A stretch of DNA of 64,000 bases from a virus, in the UHGV virus genome UHGV-0140522, one strand, 5' to 3'. A program made the position numbers and the translations under genes. The notes beneath the pieces were generated by a model. It did no database searches, was not told where the DNA came from, and was given only the letters and a program-made list of their open reading frames with translations. Numbering within the stretch: position 1 is the stretch's first letter; each line of letters opens with the position of its first letter. Positions 9,016 through 18,599 of this stretch are shown in pieces.

Positions 9016-9180
9016 AACCCAGGGACTCCATTTTGAAAACCAAATGATTTAATTCAGTACCATCGTTGGTGGGTGGTATGTTCCCAAATTTTCCAAAATA
9101 AACAAGATCATCCCTACAAAAACTGTGGGTCTGGAAAGGTGTTCAGTTGGAGGGAGATTGTGAGAATGGAAAAATAAATA

Positions 9181-9209
9181 TTGCACAAAGTTTAAGGTCA
9201 TGACTTAAT
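9181..9209 (+). promoter_or_regulatory. cspA-type sigma70 promoter (TTGCAC-N17-CTTAAT) driving a ~175-nt 5'UTR
   Basis: The -35/-10 hexamers match the E. coli cspA promoter; the downstream UTR aligns with the cspA 5'UTR (GGTTTG..ACAGACC..AAAGCAG..GTAAAGCAGTCC). Confidence 0.55.
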
Positions 9210-9391
9210 AGTGGCGTCGGTTTGCAAGACAGACCTTATGAAAGCAGTTTTAGTAAAGCAGTCCGTAGTTCAGGTGTTATCCAACAGATTTCCCTTCTTC
9301 GTGAGTCTCCTCCTAAGTGCCCAAGTAAGTCCCACTCTATCAGACCAAATTCGCCGCGTTGTGTGGCTCTCGAATCAAGAAGGTAATATCT

Positions 9392-9607
9392 ATGTCTAAC
9401 AAAATGACTGGTTTAGTAAAATGGTTTAACGCTGATAAAGGCTTCGGCTTTATCACTCCTGCTGATGGTAGCAAAGATGTGTTCGTTCACTTCTCTGCAA
9501 TCCAGAGCAATGACTTCCGTACCCTGGATGAAGGCCAGAAAGTTGAGTTCTCTATCGAGAATGGCGCTAAAGGCCCGGCAGCAGCAAACGTTGTAGCCTT
9601 AAGCTAA
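9392..9607 (+). CDS. cold-shock protein, CspA family (RNP1 KGFGFI, RNP2 VFVHF)
   Basis: Near-identity to enterobacterial CspA/CspB/CspG over the whole length; the track ORF 9359..9607 includes this gene in frame. Confidence 0.9.
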   Translation: MSNKMTGLVKWFNADKGFGFITPADGSKDVFVHFSAIQSNDFRTLDEGQKVEFSIENGAKGPAAANVVALS

Positions 9608-9737
9608 TACACTCTGGTAATCCATTTGCTGCGATAACGAAGACGGCTTTAGCCTGAGTAGACAGAACGATGTGATTATCAGACGGTGAAAGGCTGATCT
9701 GGCGGCATTCGCCCGACCAACACGCCACCAATAAATG

Positions 9738-9766
9738 AAACCCGCCAATCGGCGGGTTTTTTGTTT
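9738..9766 (+). terminator. intrinsic terminator (AAACCCGCC-AATC-GGCGGGTTTTTTGTTT)
   Basis: GC hairpin plus T-tract. Confidence 0.7.
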
Positions 9767-10208
9767 ATGCGACTTTCGTACCAAAAATGTTGGATAGCGT
9801 GACTCTGGTCTGGCGTTTCAGCCTGTACTGTCTCACATCGCCAATCTTGTTCACTTCCATAAACTCTTTGGCCACCTTCAGCACCAGCCGATTGCGGAAC
9901 ACTTTGAACGCCTCCAGCTGTTCCTCTGGATTATCCGATTCGTAAATCTCCAGCAGATACTGGCACGCCTTCGGATCTTGCGTTTTAAGCGCCAGCGCTC
10001 TGGCACATTTACGCAGACGACTGACTTTATCGGCACCATCCAGCCAGGCGAACGCCAGCGCCAGATCTAACGTGACCGGGCAGTCGATGATCTCCCAGAA
10101 CTGCGACCGCATGGTGGCCGCAACTGCTTTATCCTGAAAATCCGCTGGGATAGCCGCCAGCGCTTGTGCAATCTTCTGTGCCTCGTTCATGGTGTTCTCT
10201 TTATTCAT
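9765..10208 (-). CDS. hypothetical protein (147 aa)
   Basis: ORF whose stop overlaps the dnaE-like gene start. Confidence 0.45.
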   Translation of the reverse strand: MNKENTMNEAQKIAQALAAIPADFQDKAVAATMRSQFWEIIDCPVTLDLALAFAWLDGADKVSRLRKCARALALKTQDPKACQYLLEIYESDNPEEQLEAFKVFRNRLVLKVAKEFMEVNKIGDVRQYRLKRQTRVTLSNIFGTKVA

Positions 10209-13200
10209 TTGCTAATAGTCTCCGCTACCTCTGCCAGAATTGCTTCCAGCTTTTCGCCTTCCTCTGGGCGAAAGTACAAAATGTTCGGGTTAAATCCGTA
10301 GAAAACGGTCACATCCAGCTCTGGCAGGTACTCTTTGCGTCCAACCAGGTCGGATGGTTTGCTCTTGTTGTTGAAGAGTGACGTCGCCCGGCTGCCACAC
10401 GTCAGCACATAGGTCGGACGCACCAGATTGATCTCTTCACGCATAAAGTCGGTGAACTGGCCGATCTCGTCTTTGGTGTAGTCCTTTTCTTTGTCTTTCA
10501 CCTTTTTGCACACGCCGGTGACGTAGAGATCGCCCATGCGCAGATCGCCTGCAGTAAGCAACTTCGCCTTAAAGTCGTCGTAGCCGTTCTCCATGAAGTA
10601 GCCGGTACGCCCATCATTGCCGTTCGCGTTGTCCAGAATGACCATGATTTTCGGCTTAATGCCAATGCTTGGGCGAATCAGGTCGTCTCCCAGACCCATT
10701 TCGGCCGCCATGCGAGTCATCAGTACATTCACTTCAGCAGAGCGCTTAGGGTTCATCTCGAACGGTCGAGAGGCTTTTACAGCGTCGATCACCAGATTGC
10801 CCATCAACTCTGCCTGGTCGCGCAGCCGTTCCGGATCTGTCGCTGGCAGACTGCCAGGCTCAATCGATGCGAACGCACCTACTTTTTGCAGTGACTCGCG
10901 TACCCGGCTGTTACACGCACGCTTCTCGACCGCCTCCTCAAATTGCTCAAGTGACTCGAATTTGCCGCCAACTTTCTCACGCGCTCTCATGATGGCTTGG
11001 CAACCATTCTCAGAACAGCCTTTCACAGCAGAGAATGGCGCATACAGAACCTGGCTGCCGTCTTCCAGCGTGCGGATCTCAATTCGGTTAGATGACACGT
11101 TAACGTCTGGTGGCAATACGCGAATGCCATAGGTCAGCGCATCCTTAACCAGCCCCTGGTGTTTATCCTCGCCCAGAATGGTGAGCGCAGCAGCGAAGAA
11201 CTCAGCAGGGTAATGTGTCTTTAACCACATAGACTGATAGCTGATCAGCGAGTAGGCAACGGAGTGTGATTTGTTGAACTGATACGCACCGTTCTTCTCG
11301 AAGGCATCCCAGATCTCCTTAGCTTTCGTCTCAGACAAGCCCGGTTGTGACCCTGTAACGCGTACAGCAGCCATAGGCAATTTCACACCTGCCTCCAGCG
11401 CTTCTTCGACCGTCCGCAGTGCGCCGTCCTCACATTTGAAGTGTTCCGCGCGGTGAATACGCTGCGTGGTGCCGTCTTCCATCTCAACATCGATCCAACC
11501 ACCTTGAGCCTGAACGACGAACTTCTCGCCCATGCTCTTCATCTTTTCCATATCCTTTTTACCGATCGCTTTACGCACACCATCTGCTTCGGCCATCGTG
11601 AAGCCGGCCAGCAATCGTGTCGCGTTCATCGTCTGTTCCTGATACAGAATCACGCCGTTGGTTTCCGCGGTAAGTTCGTCCAGTACCGGGTGCAGCGACT
11701 GTGGAGCCATGAAGCCTTTGGCCACGGAGACATAGTCGTCCAACATGCCGGATTGAATCGGGCCAGGTCGGAAGAGTGCGGTCGTGGCGACAACGGTTTT
11801 GAAGCTCATTGGTTCAATGCCGCCGCCAAGATCTTTAAGCAGCTTGCGCATGGGGCCGGACTCCAGCTGGAATACGCCCTGAGTGTACCCTGCAGCGAAC
11901 CCATCCAGAACCTTGCGATCGTCCAGTGGGATCGCATCGAGATTGATGTCATCCCCGGTGCTCTCTTTGATGTAGCGTTTCGCGCTATCCAGCAGATCGA
12001 GCGTTGCCAGACCGAGAACGTCCAACTTAATCAGCCCCATCGCCTCGCAGTAACGTTTATCGAATGCAATACAGCGAGCGTTGCCACGCAGCTCGACGGG
12101 CGTGCGCTCTACCAGTGGAACGCCAGCGACGATCATCCCCGCTGCGTGACGGCCAAAACCACGCATCAGGCTTTGCAGCTTACACGCCGCTTTGAACGCT
12201 TCCGGGTTTTTCGTGGCGTATTTGTCCAGGCTGGCCAGTTGCTCGCGCAGCTCTTCCAGTGACAGGCTATCGTCCTCCAGATTCTTGAACTCTTTGGATA
12301 CCGCCATATCAGCAGCGTCGACACCGTAAATACGCGCAGTGTCACGCAGCGCAGAAGCGGCGCCCAGATAGGTGAAGTTCGGAATACCGGCAACGTAATC
12401 TTCGCCATAGCGTTCATTCAGATACTCGATCACCTCATGACGACGTGCCTGGCTGAAGTCCAGATCCGCATCCGGCAAGTCTAGACGTTCAGGGTTGATG
12501 AAACGCTCAAACAGAAGACCGTGACGGATAGGATCTACGTTGGTTATGCCTATGCACCACGCCACCAGAGAACCGGCAGAGGAACCACGACCAGGCCCGA
12601 CAGGAATGCCAGTTTCACGGCTGTGATTCATCAGGTCGCGCACCATCAGGAAGTAGCCACAGAAGCCCAGGCGGGTCAGCGTGTCCATTTCGTACTTCAG
12701 GCGATCAACATACACACGGTGCTCAGAAGCCGGTGGGGTGTAGCCAAACTCTTTGGTAGTAAGACGCTTGCGCAGCCCCGCGACAGCCAGCTTCATCAGC
12801 GTTGCAGGTTCGTCGTCTGCCATCTTGGGCAGTGCTGGTGGCAATTCATGCCAGCGCCATGTGCAGGCTTCAATAATAGTGTCCTGCGTTGTTGAGGCCA
12901 TTGCAGCTATTACCGGCACATCCATTCGAACGGAGAAGGCTTTCAGTGCTTCAAGGAGATGGCGGCGACCATTAACGGCGTTATCTCGCTGGTGGGGAAT
13001 ACGCAGACGATGCGGCTGGTCGATTTTGATGTTGTTCGTAACCATGTGCGCAATGTCTTTAATGTCAGCGTCGTCGACCGCTTCGTAATAAGCGGGATAG
13101 AATGCCACTGGCTCTATTTTCAGTGCGCTCGCCACTTTCATCGCCCGGACGTTAATCTGGTCGTAGAATGGGGTAGGGTGCGGATAAACCACGCTGTAGA

Positions 13201-13723
13201 AGTTATCGCGTCCTCCAGCTGTCACCAGCGTCCCGATAATCTTTGCGAAGTCCCGGCGCTGGAATACACTGCCAATGTCAGACGTCAGCAGGATGATGTT
13301 GCCTTTGGCATATGCGGCCGCCAGCTGGTCAAGCGCCAGACGCGGGACAAAGTAGAATTGCTCGCGCTTGTTGGCTAAGGTCATCAGTTCGCACACGTCG
13401 CGATAACCTTGCTCATTCTTTATCAGTGCCGTGAAGCAGTAGCTGCGATCACGTACCAATGATCCCATACATCCCCCTGACTCTTTCGCAAGGCGGGCGC
13501 GGTGCTCGTATGTCGGATCGTCGACAACATTCAGCTTAACACCACAAATAACCGCCATGTCGTCGCCAGCGGCACGTTGCAGGGGGATCACACTGGCAAT
13601 GTTCATGCTGTCAGCGGAAATGACAGCGGTGTAGCCAGCGTCTCTCGCGATTTTCACCGCGTTTTCTGCTTTTAGAGCCGACTCTCCCAGGGAGAAGTCA
13701 GTTCTGACCATCAGAGCCTTCAT
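10205..13723 (-). CDS. dnaE: DNA polymerase III alpha subunit (DnaE-type replicative polymerase, PHP N-terminal domain)
   Basis: 1172 aa; GYFLMVRDL..GPGRGSSAGSLVAWCIGIT, PHP-domain His/Asp motifs; AAGGTA RBS. Confidence 0.9.
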   Translation of the reverse strand: MKALMVRTDFSLGESALKAENAVKIARDAGYTAVISADSMNIASVIPLQRAAGDDMAVICGVKLNVVDDPTYEHRARLAKESGGCMGSLVRDRSYCFTALIKNEQGYRDVCELMTLANKREQFYFVPRLALDQLAAAYAKGNIILLTSDIGSVFQRRDFAKIIGTLVTAGGRDNFYSVVYPHPTPFYDQINVRAMKVASALKIEPVAFYPAYYEAVDDADIKDIAHMVTNNIKIDQPHRLRIPHQRDNAVNGRRHLLEALKAFSVRMDVPVIAAMASTTQDTIIEACTWRWHELPPALPKMADDEPATLMKLAVAGLRKRLTTKEFGYTPPASEHRVYVDRLKYEMDTLTRLGFCGYFLMVRDLMNHSRETGIPVGPGRGSSAGSLVAWCIGITNVDPIRHGLLFERFINPERLDLPDADLDFSQARRHEVIEYLNERYGEDYVAGIPNFTYLGAASALRDTARIYGVDAADMAVSKEFKNLEDDSLSLEELREQLASLDKYATKNPEAFKAACKLQSLMRGFGRHAAGMIVAGVPLVERTPVELRGNARCIAFDKRYCEAMGLIKLDVLGLATLDLLDSAKRYIKESTGDDINLDAIPLDDRKVLDGFAAGYTQGVFQLESGPMRKLLKDLGGGIEPMSFKTVVATTALFRPGPIQSGMLDDYVSVAKGFMAPQSLHPVLDELTAETNGVILYQEQTMNATRLLAGFTMAEADGVRKAIGKKDMEKMKSMGEKFVVQAQGGWIDVEMEDGTTQRIHRAEHFKCEDGALRTVEEALEAGVKLPMAAVRVTGSQPGLSETKAKEIWDAFEKNGAYQFNKSHSVAYSLISYQSMWLKTHYPAEFFAAALTILGEDKHQGLVKDALTYGIRVLPPDVNVSSNRIEIRTLEDGSQVLYAPFSAVKGCSENGCQAIMRAREKVGGKFESLEQFEEAVEKRACNSRVRESLQKVGAFASIEPGSLPATDPERLRDQAELMGNLVIDAVKASRPFEMNPKRSAEVNVLMTRMAAEMGLGDDLIRPSIGIKPKIMVILDNANGNDGRTGYFMENGYDDFKAKLLTAGDLRMGDLYVTGVCKKVKDKEKDYTKDEIGQFTDFMREEINLVRPTYVLTCGSRATSLFNNKSKPSDLVGRKEYLPELDVTVFYGFNPNILYFRPEEGEKLEAILAEVAETISK

Positions 13724-13901
13724 GTGTTTTTACCTTTCTGGTTTTCTTGATTTTGTCATTGGGGAAGCCAACGAACTTCCCATACATCGAAATCGCAACC
13801 TCTTTGGCTGACTGGTGGCACTCGGACCTATCCGGACACGCCAGACAAGCCCGGCCAGTTTCAGACGCTGCGATAAGAGAGCCGAAACATCCTTTACGCA
13901 C
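13698..13901 (-). CDS. small Cys-rich (CxxC..C..H) protein overlapping the dnaE start
   Basis: ORF track only; weak RBS. Confidence 0.3.
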   Translation of the reverse strand: MRKGCFGSLIAASETGRACLACPDRSECHQSAKEVAISMYGKFVGFPNDKIKKTRKVKTHEGSDGQN

Positions 13902-13903
13902 GA

Positions 13904-15139
13904 TTAACCGAAGATCTTCTGAACCACTTCACGCGCTGCCTGTGCAGACGTGGATGGAAGTTTATTGATAAACGACTTTTCGATGCCGGCAGAGAAATCA
14001 CCGCGCATCATTCCGATTTTTGCGGACAGCAGCAGCTCGCGAGGGCCGATTGGCTGGCTGATCAGATGCTGTTCATAACCTTCACGGACAAGGTTCGCGA
14101 ATTTCACCATCTTCTCGGCGTATTCGCGGATGACGCCAGCCTCAGCCAGCATGTTGACTTCAGCCTTAGTGCTCATGTACTTCACGTTCGAAACAATGCC
14201 GAAGCGCGAGAAGTTCGCCGCGTTCTGGATGTTCGTTCCTTGATAGAGACCCGTTTCGTCGCCAGAGCCGTTAGTGTTGCCAGTGCCAATGAAGGCAAAG
14301 CGTTTATGCGGAGTGATACGGCGCCAGTCCGGAGTTGCCTCTTTGATGATCAGCGGCTCTCCTTCAAGAACTGGCTGGTACACACCCAGAATCTGCGGGA
14401 ACGCGAAGTCATATTCATCAGCGAGGTACACCCAGCCATTTTTCATCGCCAGCGCCAGCAAACCCGGCTCGAAGTAGGTGGAGCCATCGCGAGCGAGGAT
14501 CTGGCCTGTAACGTGTGCTTCTTCCATAGACGCCGTATGCTGGGCGCGGATCAGTGGTCGATTCAGCAGGGCGCATAGCTGCGTAGGAAGAGAAGATTTA
14601 CCGGTTCCTGCATGACCCCAGAGATAGCCTGGGATTCCGATTTCCAGCATCATGAAGATGTCTTTAATCAGGTCGAAGTCGCCATACACATAGTTCTTCT
14701 TCGCTTCCGGTACGAACTCCGGATATGGCGTGTTGACGTTGACTGTCACCTGTAGTGGTTTTCCGCGTGGCGTTCCCAGCTCTTTGATCGTTACGCCAAG
14801 CAGCTCGTGCGCGGCCACCAGTTCAGTCTTGTATTCGACCGTTCCTACGTAGCCCGGATGTGCGCTAATCTCCGCTACTTTTCCTTCGCCTGAATGCTTT
14901 TCGGCAAGCTTCTCATTGAGTTTGGCCAGTGCCGTGCGAGAGATCGTTGGTTCATCCGGAAACGCAGAGGTGTACATTTTCACCACTTCGTCCACGTCCA
15001 GACCCTTCGCGGACTCAGGAATGTTTTCGCAACGGCCCATAGAGATATGGGATTTCAGGTAATGAAAGGATTTGCCACACCACTTGCAGACGATGGCTTC
15101 CGGCAAATGTTCTTCTTGCTGTAGTGCAGTAGCGGTCAT
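13904..15139 (-). CDS. AAA+ ATPase, CobS/MoxR (AAA_5) family with N-terminal zinc ribbon
   Basis: Walker A GHAGTGKS; Walker B LADEYD; CKWCGKS..C zinc ribbon; AAGGAA RBS. Confidence 0.75.
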   Translation of the reverse strand: MTATALQQEEHLPEAIVCKWCGKSFHYLKSHISMGRCENIPESAKGLDVDEVVKMYTSAFPDEPTISRTALAKLNEKLAEKHSGEGKVAEISAHPGYVGTVEYKTELVAAHELLGVTIKELGTPRGKPLQVTVNVNTPYPEFVPEAKKNYVYGDFDLIKDIFMMLEIGIPGYLWGHAGTGKSSLPTQLCALLNRPLIRAQHTASMEEAHVTGQILARDGSTYFEPGLLALAMKNGWVYLADEYDFAFPQILGVYQPVLEGEPLIIKEATPDWRRITPHKRFAFIGTGNTNGSGDETGLYQGTNIQNAANFSRFGIVSNVKYMSTKAEVNMLAEAGVIREYAEKMVKFANLVREGYEQHLISQPIGPRELLLSAKIGMMRGDFSAGIEKSFINKLPSTSAQAAREVVQKIFG

Positions 15140-15235
15140 GTGTTTTTCCTTACTGTTTGTCGTTCGTGGGGTATATCTTATATAAATATATTAGTCTGTA
15201 TAGTAAGTGATTACTTATTTTTACGGGTAAAACAA

Positions 15236-17626
15236 TTACCCAAGAATGATACGAGATAGCTCAGTGACGACTGACGGCCCTAACTCTTCTACGCTGTTTA
15301 CCAGTGCGTAATTTTTGTAGTAACGCCGTGGTGCGTCGGTCAGAACGCCGATAGCCATCAAATCGATGTCACTCAACGTCTCAATTTCTTTGGTGACGGT
15401 TCGCAAATGCTGATGGAACCCATCGCCTGCAGCACATGGCGCCCCGTCGCTCATAACCAGCATGATCTTCTTGTCCTCCATTCGCCCTGCAAACAGAGTC
15501 GCCAGCTGCGCGACGCTCTCACCATCGACGTTATTGAGCAGGGGGAACGTCTCACACACGCAGCCCATGCGGGCGCGGATCTCTGGAGAGTTAGCTTTCT
15601 CATTCCAGTTTTTGATAATGGGCAGCATTAGCGCCTCGAAACGAGTAAACCCGCGCTTCGACATGGTTTCATAATCCGGACTACCAAACGTGGTAAAGCC
15701 GGTGATGATGTTAGGCACATTGATACGATCCAGAGCATCCGCAATGGTGTAGGCGCTGGCGAGTGCCAGTTGAATCTTCCTGCCGCCCATTGAGCCGGAC
15801 AAGTCGATCACCTGCTGGACGCACGCGTTCACGGCTCTGTGGTCTTCTTTCTTGCGGAATACGCGGTCGTCGTTCATTGCCAGACGATACAGGTTCGCGC
15901 CATGTATCCGCCCACGTCTCTGGCCTGGGATAAACTGAACTCGGTTGCGGCTGGCGATAGCTCGCTCTAGGTCTTTGGCCAGAGTCGAAGAAACGCCTGC
16001 TGACAGATGTTTTTCGATTTTCAGTTCAAAGAGTTTTCTACCTTCCGGAACCATGCGGTAGCGATCGACCGGTGAGTGCATTGGGATTGCGCCGAACGTC
16101 TTTCTGGTGCGCTTTACATGCTCTTCAGCCTCATCAATCAACCCGATAAAGTCGTATGAACGATCGTATGGGCGATACTCAGAAAGTGAGGTACTCATAA
16201 GCTCTTTGCTGATGGTGGCCGACAGCGCGTCTTCGGTCATTTCGCCTGTTCCGTCTTCCATCTCGTCGAGCGCCTTGAGTGCTTCCTCCAGAGTCATTTC
16301 ATCCGGAGCGGGAACAAAACCTGACTCACTGTCTTCAGGCGCTTCCGCGGCATCTTCATTTTCTTTGCCTTCGCCGTCTGTGTGATCGGCTGCGTCATCT
16401 TCCTCTTCTCCTTCTCCTTCTCCTTCTCCTTCTCCTTCTCCTTCGGACTCCCCGTGACCAGCATCAGAGTCTTCGCCGTCATCACTATCACCATCGCCAG
16501 CGGCGCCAGAGCCATAACCATCGGAGTCATCGGCGTCTTCGCGAATGCCATCACCAAGCGTTGGAGAGCCAGTGTCATCACTACTACCTTCGTCATCAGA
16601 ATCACCTGATTCCATGCCGGCATCATCGGATTCTGGGGTGTCTCCTGATTCCTCTTCGCCTGCTTCTGTATATTTACTTTCTGTATCACTAATTTCTTTA
16701 TCTTCTGTAGGTAAGTCCCTATCTACTGATTCAGGCAAATCAGAATCCCCAGACTCTTCCTCTTCTGAGGCATCATCTTCTTGTTCTTCCTTGTCGTCGT
16801 CTTCGCCTTTGGTACGCTTTGGTGCTGATTCACTATGAGTCGGTTCATCACCGGCTTCTGGGGTTTCCTCTGACTCGTCCTCACTCTTCGACGGCTTCCT
16901 AGCAGACGATTTCAGCTCTGGTAATTTGCCCTCTGGCTTGTCTTTCATATCCTGCATGATTTGGGCGATAGCAGCTGCGACCTTCACACAGTCTTCTGTG
17001 TTCGACATATTGCGAACGGCCACGTCGATCCCATGTTCTTTGAGCAAGGCTACAGGCTTATCGATGAGGTGCCAGTGTTCTTCCATAAAGTCGATGAAAG
17101 GGCTTTGGCCATCCCAGGCGCGGACGACCGGGCAAAGGAAGAATTTCAGGAACAATTCACGCTGGTTGCCGTGGCAGATTGAAACCGCCTCTGACACTTT
17201 GCCCTTGAAGTATTTGTCGATCACCAGGTTCTGTGTGGCCAGCAAATTGCGACGAGTTCCGTTGAATACCTGTCCCATTCTGCGTTCAATAAAAACGTCT
17301 TCCAGCGCGTTCCAAAGACCGGTAGACGGAGCCTTTCCTTTCTCGCGCATCTTCATTGCGACTTTCGGATCAGTAAAGAGGATATGGGCTACCTCATGGT
17401 CGAGAAAACCACGCACTGCGTTCATGAGGGTTGGCGATGCGTCGTCAGGTATAGATGGGATATTTACCAGCACTGGTTCGCCGCGCCGGTTGTAGCGGAC
17501 ATATGCTTCATTGCCTCGCTCTGCAACAGGTATCTGTTTACCTGAAAGCATCGCTACAACTCGTTTTACGCAGTCGCGGAAGTCCTGTACCTCTTTCAGC
17601 ACAGATCTGGTCATGGCTTTGGACAT
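15236..17626 (-). CDS. CobT-like von Willebrand factor A (VWA) domain protein with a very long acidic low-complexity insert (start at MSKAM)
   Basis: C-terminal VWA/MIDAS region (DLSGSMGG...); a >200-aa D/E/G/S-rich region including (GE)n; partner of the AAA+ gene. Confidence 0.7.
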   Translation of the reverse strand: MSKAMTRSVLKEVQDFRDCVKRVVAMLSGKQIPVAERGNEAYVRYNRRGEPVLVNIPSIPDDASPTLMNAVRGFLDHEVAHILFTDPKVAMKMREKGKAPSTGLWNALEDVFIERRMGQVFNGTRRNLLATQNLVIDKYFKGKVSEAVSICHGNQRELFLKFFLCPVVRAWDGQSPFIDFMEEHWHLIDKPVALLKEHGIDVAVRNMSNTEDCVKVAAAIAQIMQDMKDKPEGKLPELKSSARKPSKSEDESEETPEAGDEPTHSESAPKRTKGEDDDKEEQEDDASEEEESGDSDLPESVDRDLPTEDKEISDTESKYTEAGEEESGDTPESDDAGMESGDSDDEGSSDDTGSPTLGDGIREDADDSDGYGSGAAGDGDSDDGEDSDAGHGESEGEGEGEGEGEGEEEDDAADHTDGEGKENEDAAEAPEDSESGFVPAPDEMTLEEALKALDEMEDGTGEMTEDALSATISKELMSTSLSEYRPYDRSYDFIGLIDEAEEHVKRTRKTFGAIPMHSPVDRYRMVPEGRKLFELKIEKHLSAGVSSTLAKDLERAIASRNRVQFIPGQRRGRIHGANLYRLAMNDDRVFRKKEDHRAVNACVQQVIDLSGSMGGRKIQLALASAYTIADALDRINVPNIITGFTTFGSPDYETMSKRGFTRFEALMLPIIKNWNEKANSPEIRARMGCVCETFPLLNNVDGESVAQLATLFAGRMEDKKIMLVMSDGAPCAAGDGFHQHLRTVTKEIETLSDIDLMAIGVLTDAPRRYYKNYALVNSVEELGPSVVTELSRIILG
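16401..16443. repeat. (CTCCTT)n hexanucleotide microsatellite encoding (GE)n within the VWA gene
   Basis: About 6-7 tandem in-frame copies read directly. Confidence 0.7.
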
Positions 17627-17735
17627 GAGAATTTCCTTGTTATTAAAACAATTTGTTTTCTGATGTGCGTAATTTATCACTGTACGAACAGGCGACTAAG
17701 CTGTTCGTACAGGCTTCTATCGGCAGGAATGTGTT

Positions 17736-17948
17736 TTAAATGGTTCTAACGGCAAGAGAGCCGCAGCCAGTATTGATGAGAGTGAAATGTTTATTTTTTA
17801 GCTCAAAAGTGAAAACCGTCGTATCAACCATCTCCACGGGAAGCTCTTCGGATTCCAATTCCGTCAGGATCGTTGCCACGCCATCCAGTCCAATCGCATA
17901 CGCGTGTCCAACCTCAAGGGCGGTCAATTTAGAAGTTATATTTTTCAT
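17736..17948 (-). CDS. hypothetical protein (70 aa)
   Basis: ORF track. Confidence 0.35.
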   Translation of the reverse strand: MKNITSKLTALEVGHAYAIGLDGVATILTELESEELPVEMVDTTVFTFELKNKHFTLINTGCGSLAVRTI

Positions 17949-18060
17949 TTCATATCATCCAACTGAACACATTTGAAAGTTTGTCAATACTACTACCTAT
18001 TGTATCAATATGGAATGAGTCTATATCAGATACGTATTACTTTTGCCTGTAAGCTAATAG

Positions 18061-18090
18061 TGACAAATTGCCTAAAAAACATAGTATAAT
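18061..18090 (+). promoter_or_regulatory. sigma70-like promoter TGACAA-N18-TATAAT upstream of the HTH regulator gene
   Basis: Near-consensus hexamers about 120 nt upstream of the ATG at 18213, in an AT-rich divergent region. Confidence 0.5.
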
Positions 18091-18212
18091 AGCGGTGTCC
18101 CAGGGGATTAGTACCTATCGAAATTAAATAGATAAGTCTTTACAACCCTGGCCTTTGCTGTAATATCAGTAAGCACTTACCAGAGATAAACAAAACACGC
18201 AAGGTTTACTAC

Positions 18213-18599
18213 ATGGCTACCAACGAAACAGAGATCAAACAAGGTCGCTACGCAGCTTATATTGACTCGTTAATCACAATCTCGCCTAAAAGTCAGGCCA
18301 CCATTGCCAAAGAGGTTGGGTACAAGAACGCCAACAATCTCTCCCTCATTAAAAGCGGCAAAATCCCGCTGCCGGTAGATAAAGTTCGAGCTTTAGCTAA
18401 AGCGCTAGATGCAGACCCGGTTCGACTGATGCTGATGGTTCTGGAAGAACGCCACCCTGAGTTGCTCGAATTTTTTCGCGAAGAGGGAACTGCGCCTCTC
18501 TCCGCTGATGAAAAACTTGTTCTAGAAGCGTTCCGTAACCGTTTTAACGGTCAGCAGGGCGCATCAGAAAAGGTGGTCGAGGCCATCAAGTCACTGTGA
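18213..18599 (+). CDS. HTH DNA-binding regulator (Cro/CI/XRE-like helix-turn-helix)
   Basis: SQATIAKEVGYKNANNLSLIKSGK is a classic HTH; divergent from the recombinase gene. Confidence 0.55.
   Translation: MATNETEIKQGRYAAYIDSLITISPKSQATIAKEVGYKNANNLSLIKSGKIPLPVDKVRALAKALDADPVRLMLMVLEERHPELLEFFREEGTAPLSADEKLVLEAFRNRFNGQQGASEKVVEAIKSL

Noticed and set aside
10617-13378. Plus-strand ORFs of 111-273 aa (10617..11132, 11441..12262, 12521..12895, 12753..13088, 12959..13378) and the minus-strand 83-aa ORF 12166..12417
   Set aside because: They fall entirely inside the 1172-aa DnaE gene, which has unambiguous conserved motifs, and lie antisense or out-of-frame to it; they are typical high-GC frame noise.
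16279-16838. ORFs 16279..16692 (+), 16294..16689 (-, alternate frame), 16382..16609 (+), 16545..16838 (+) with poly-L/poly-H/poly-S composition
   Set aside because: Frame artefacts of the (CTCCTT)n and acidic low-complexity region of the VWA gene.
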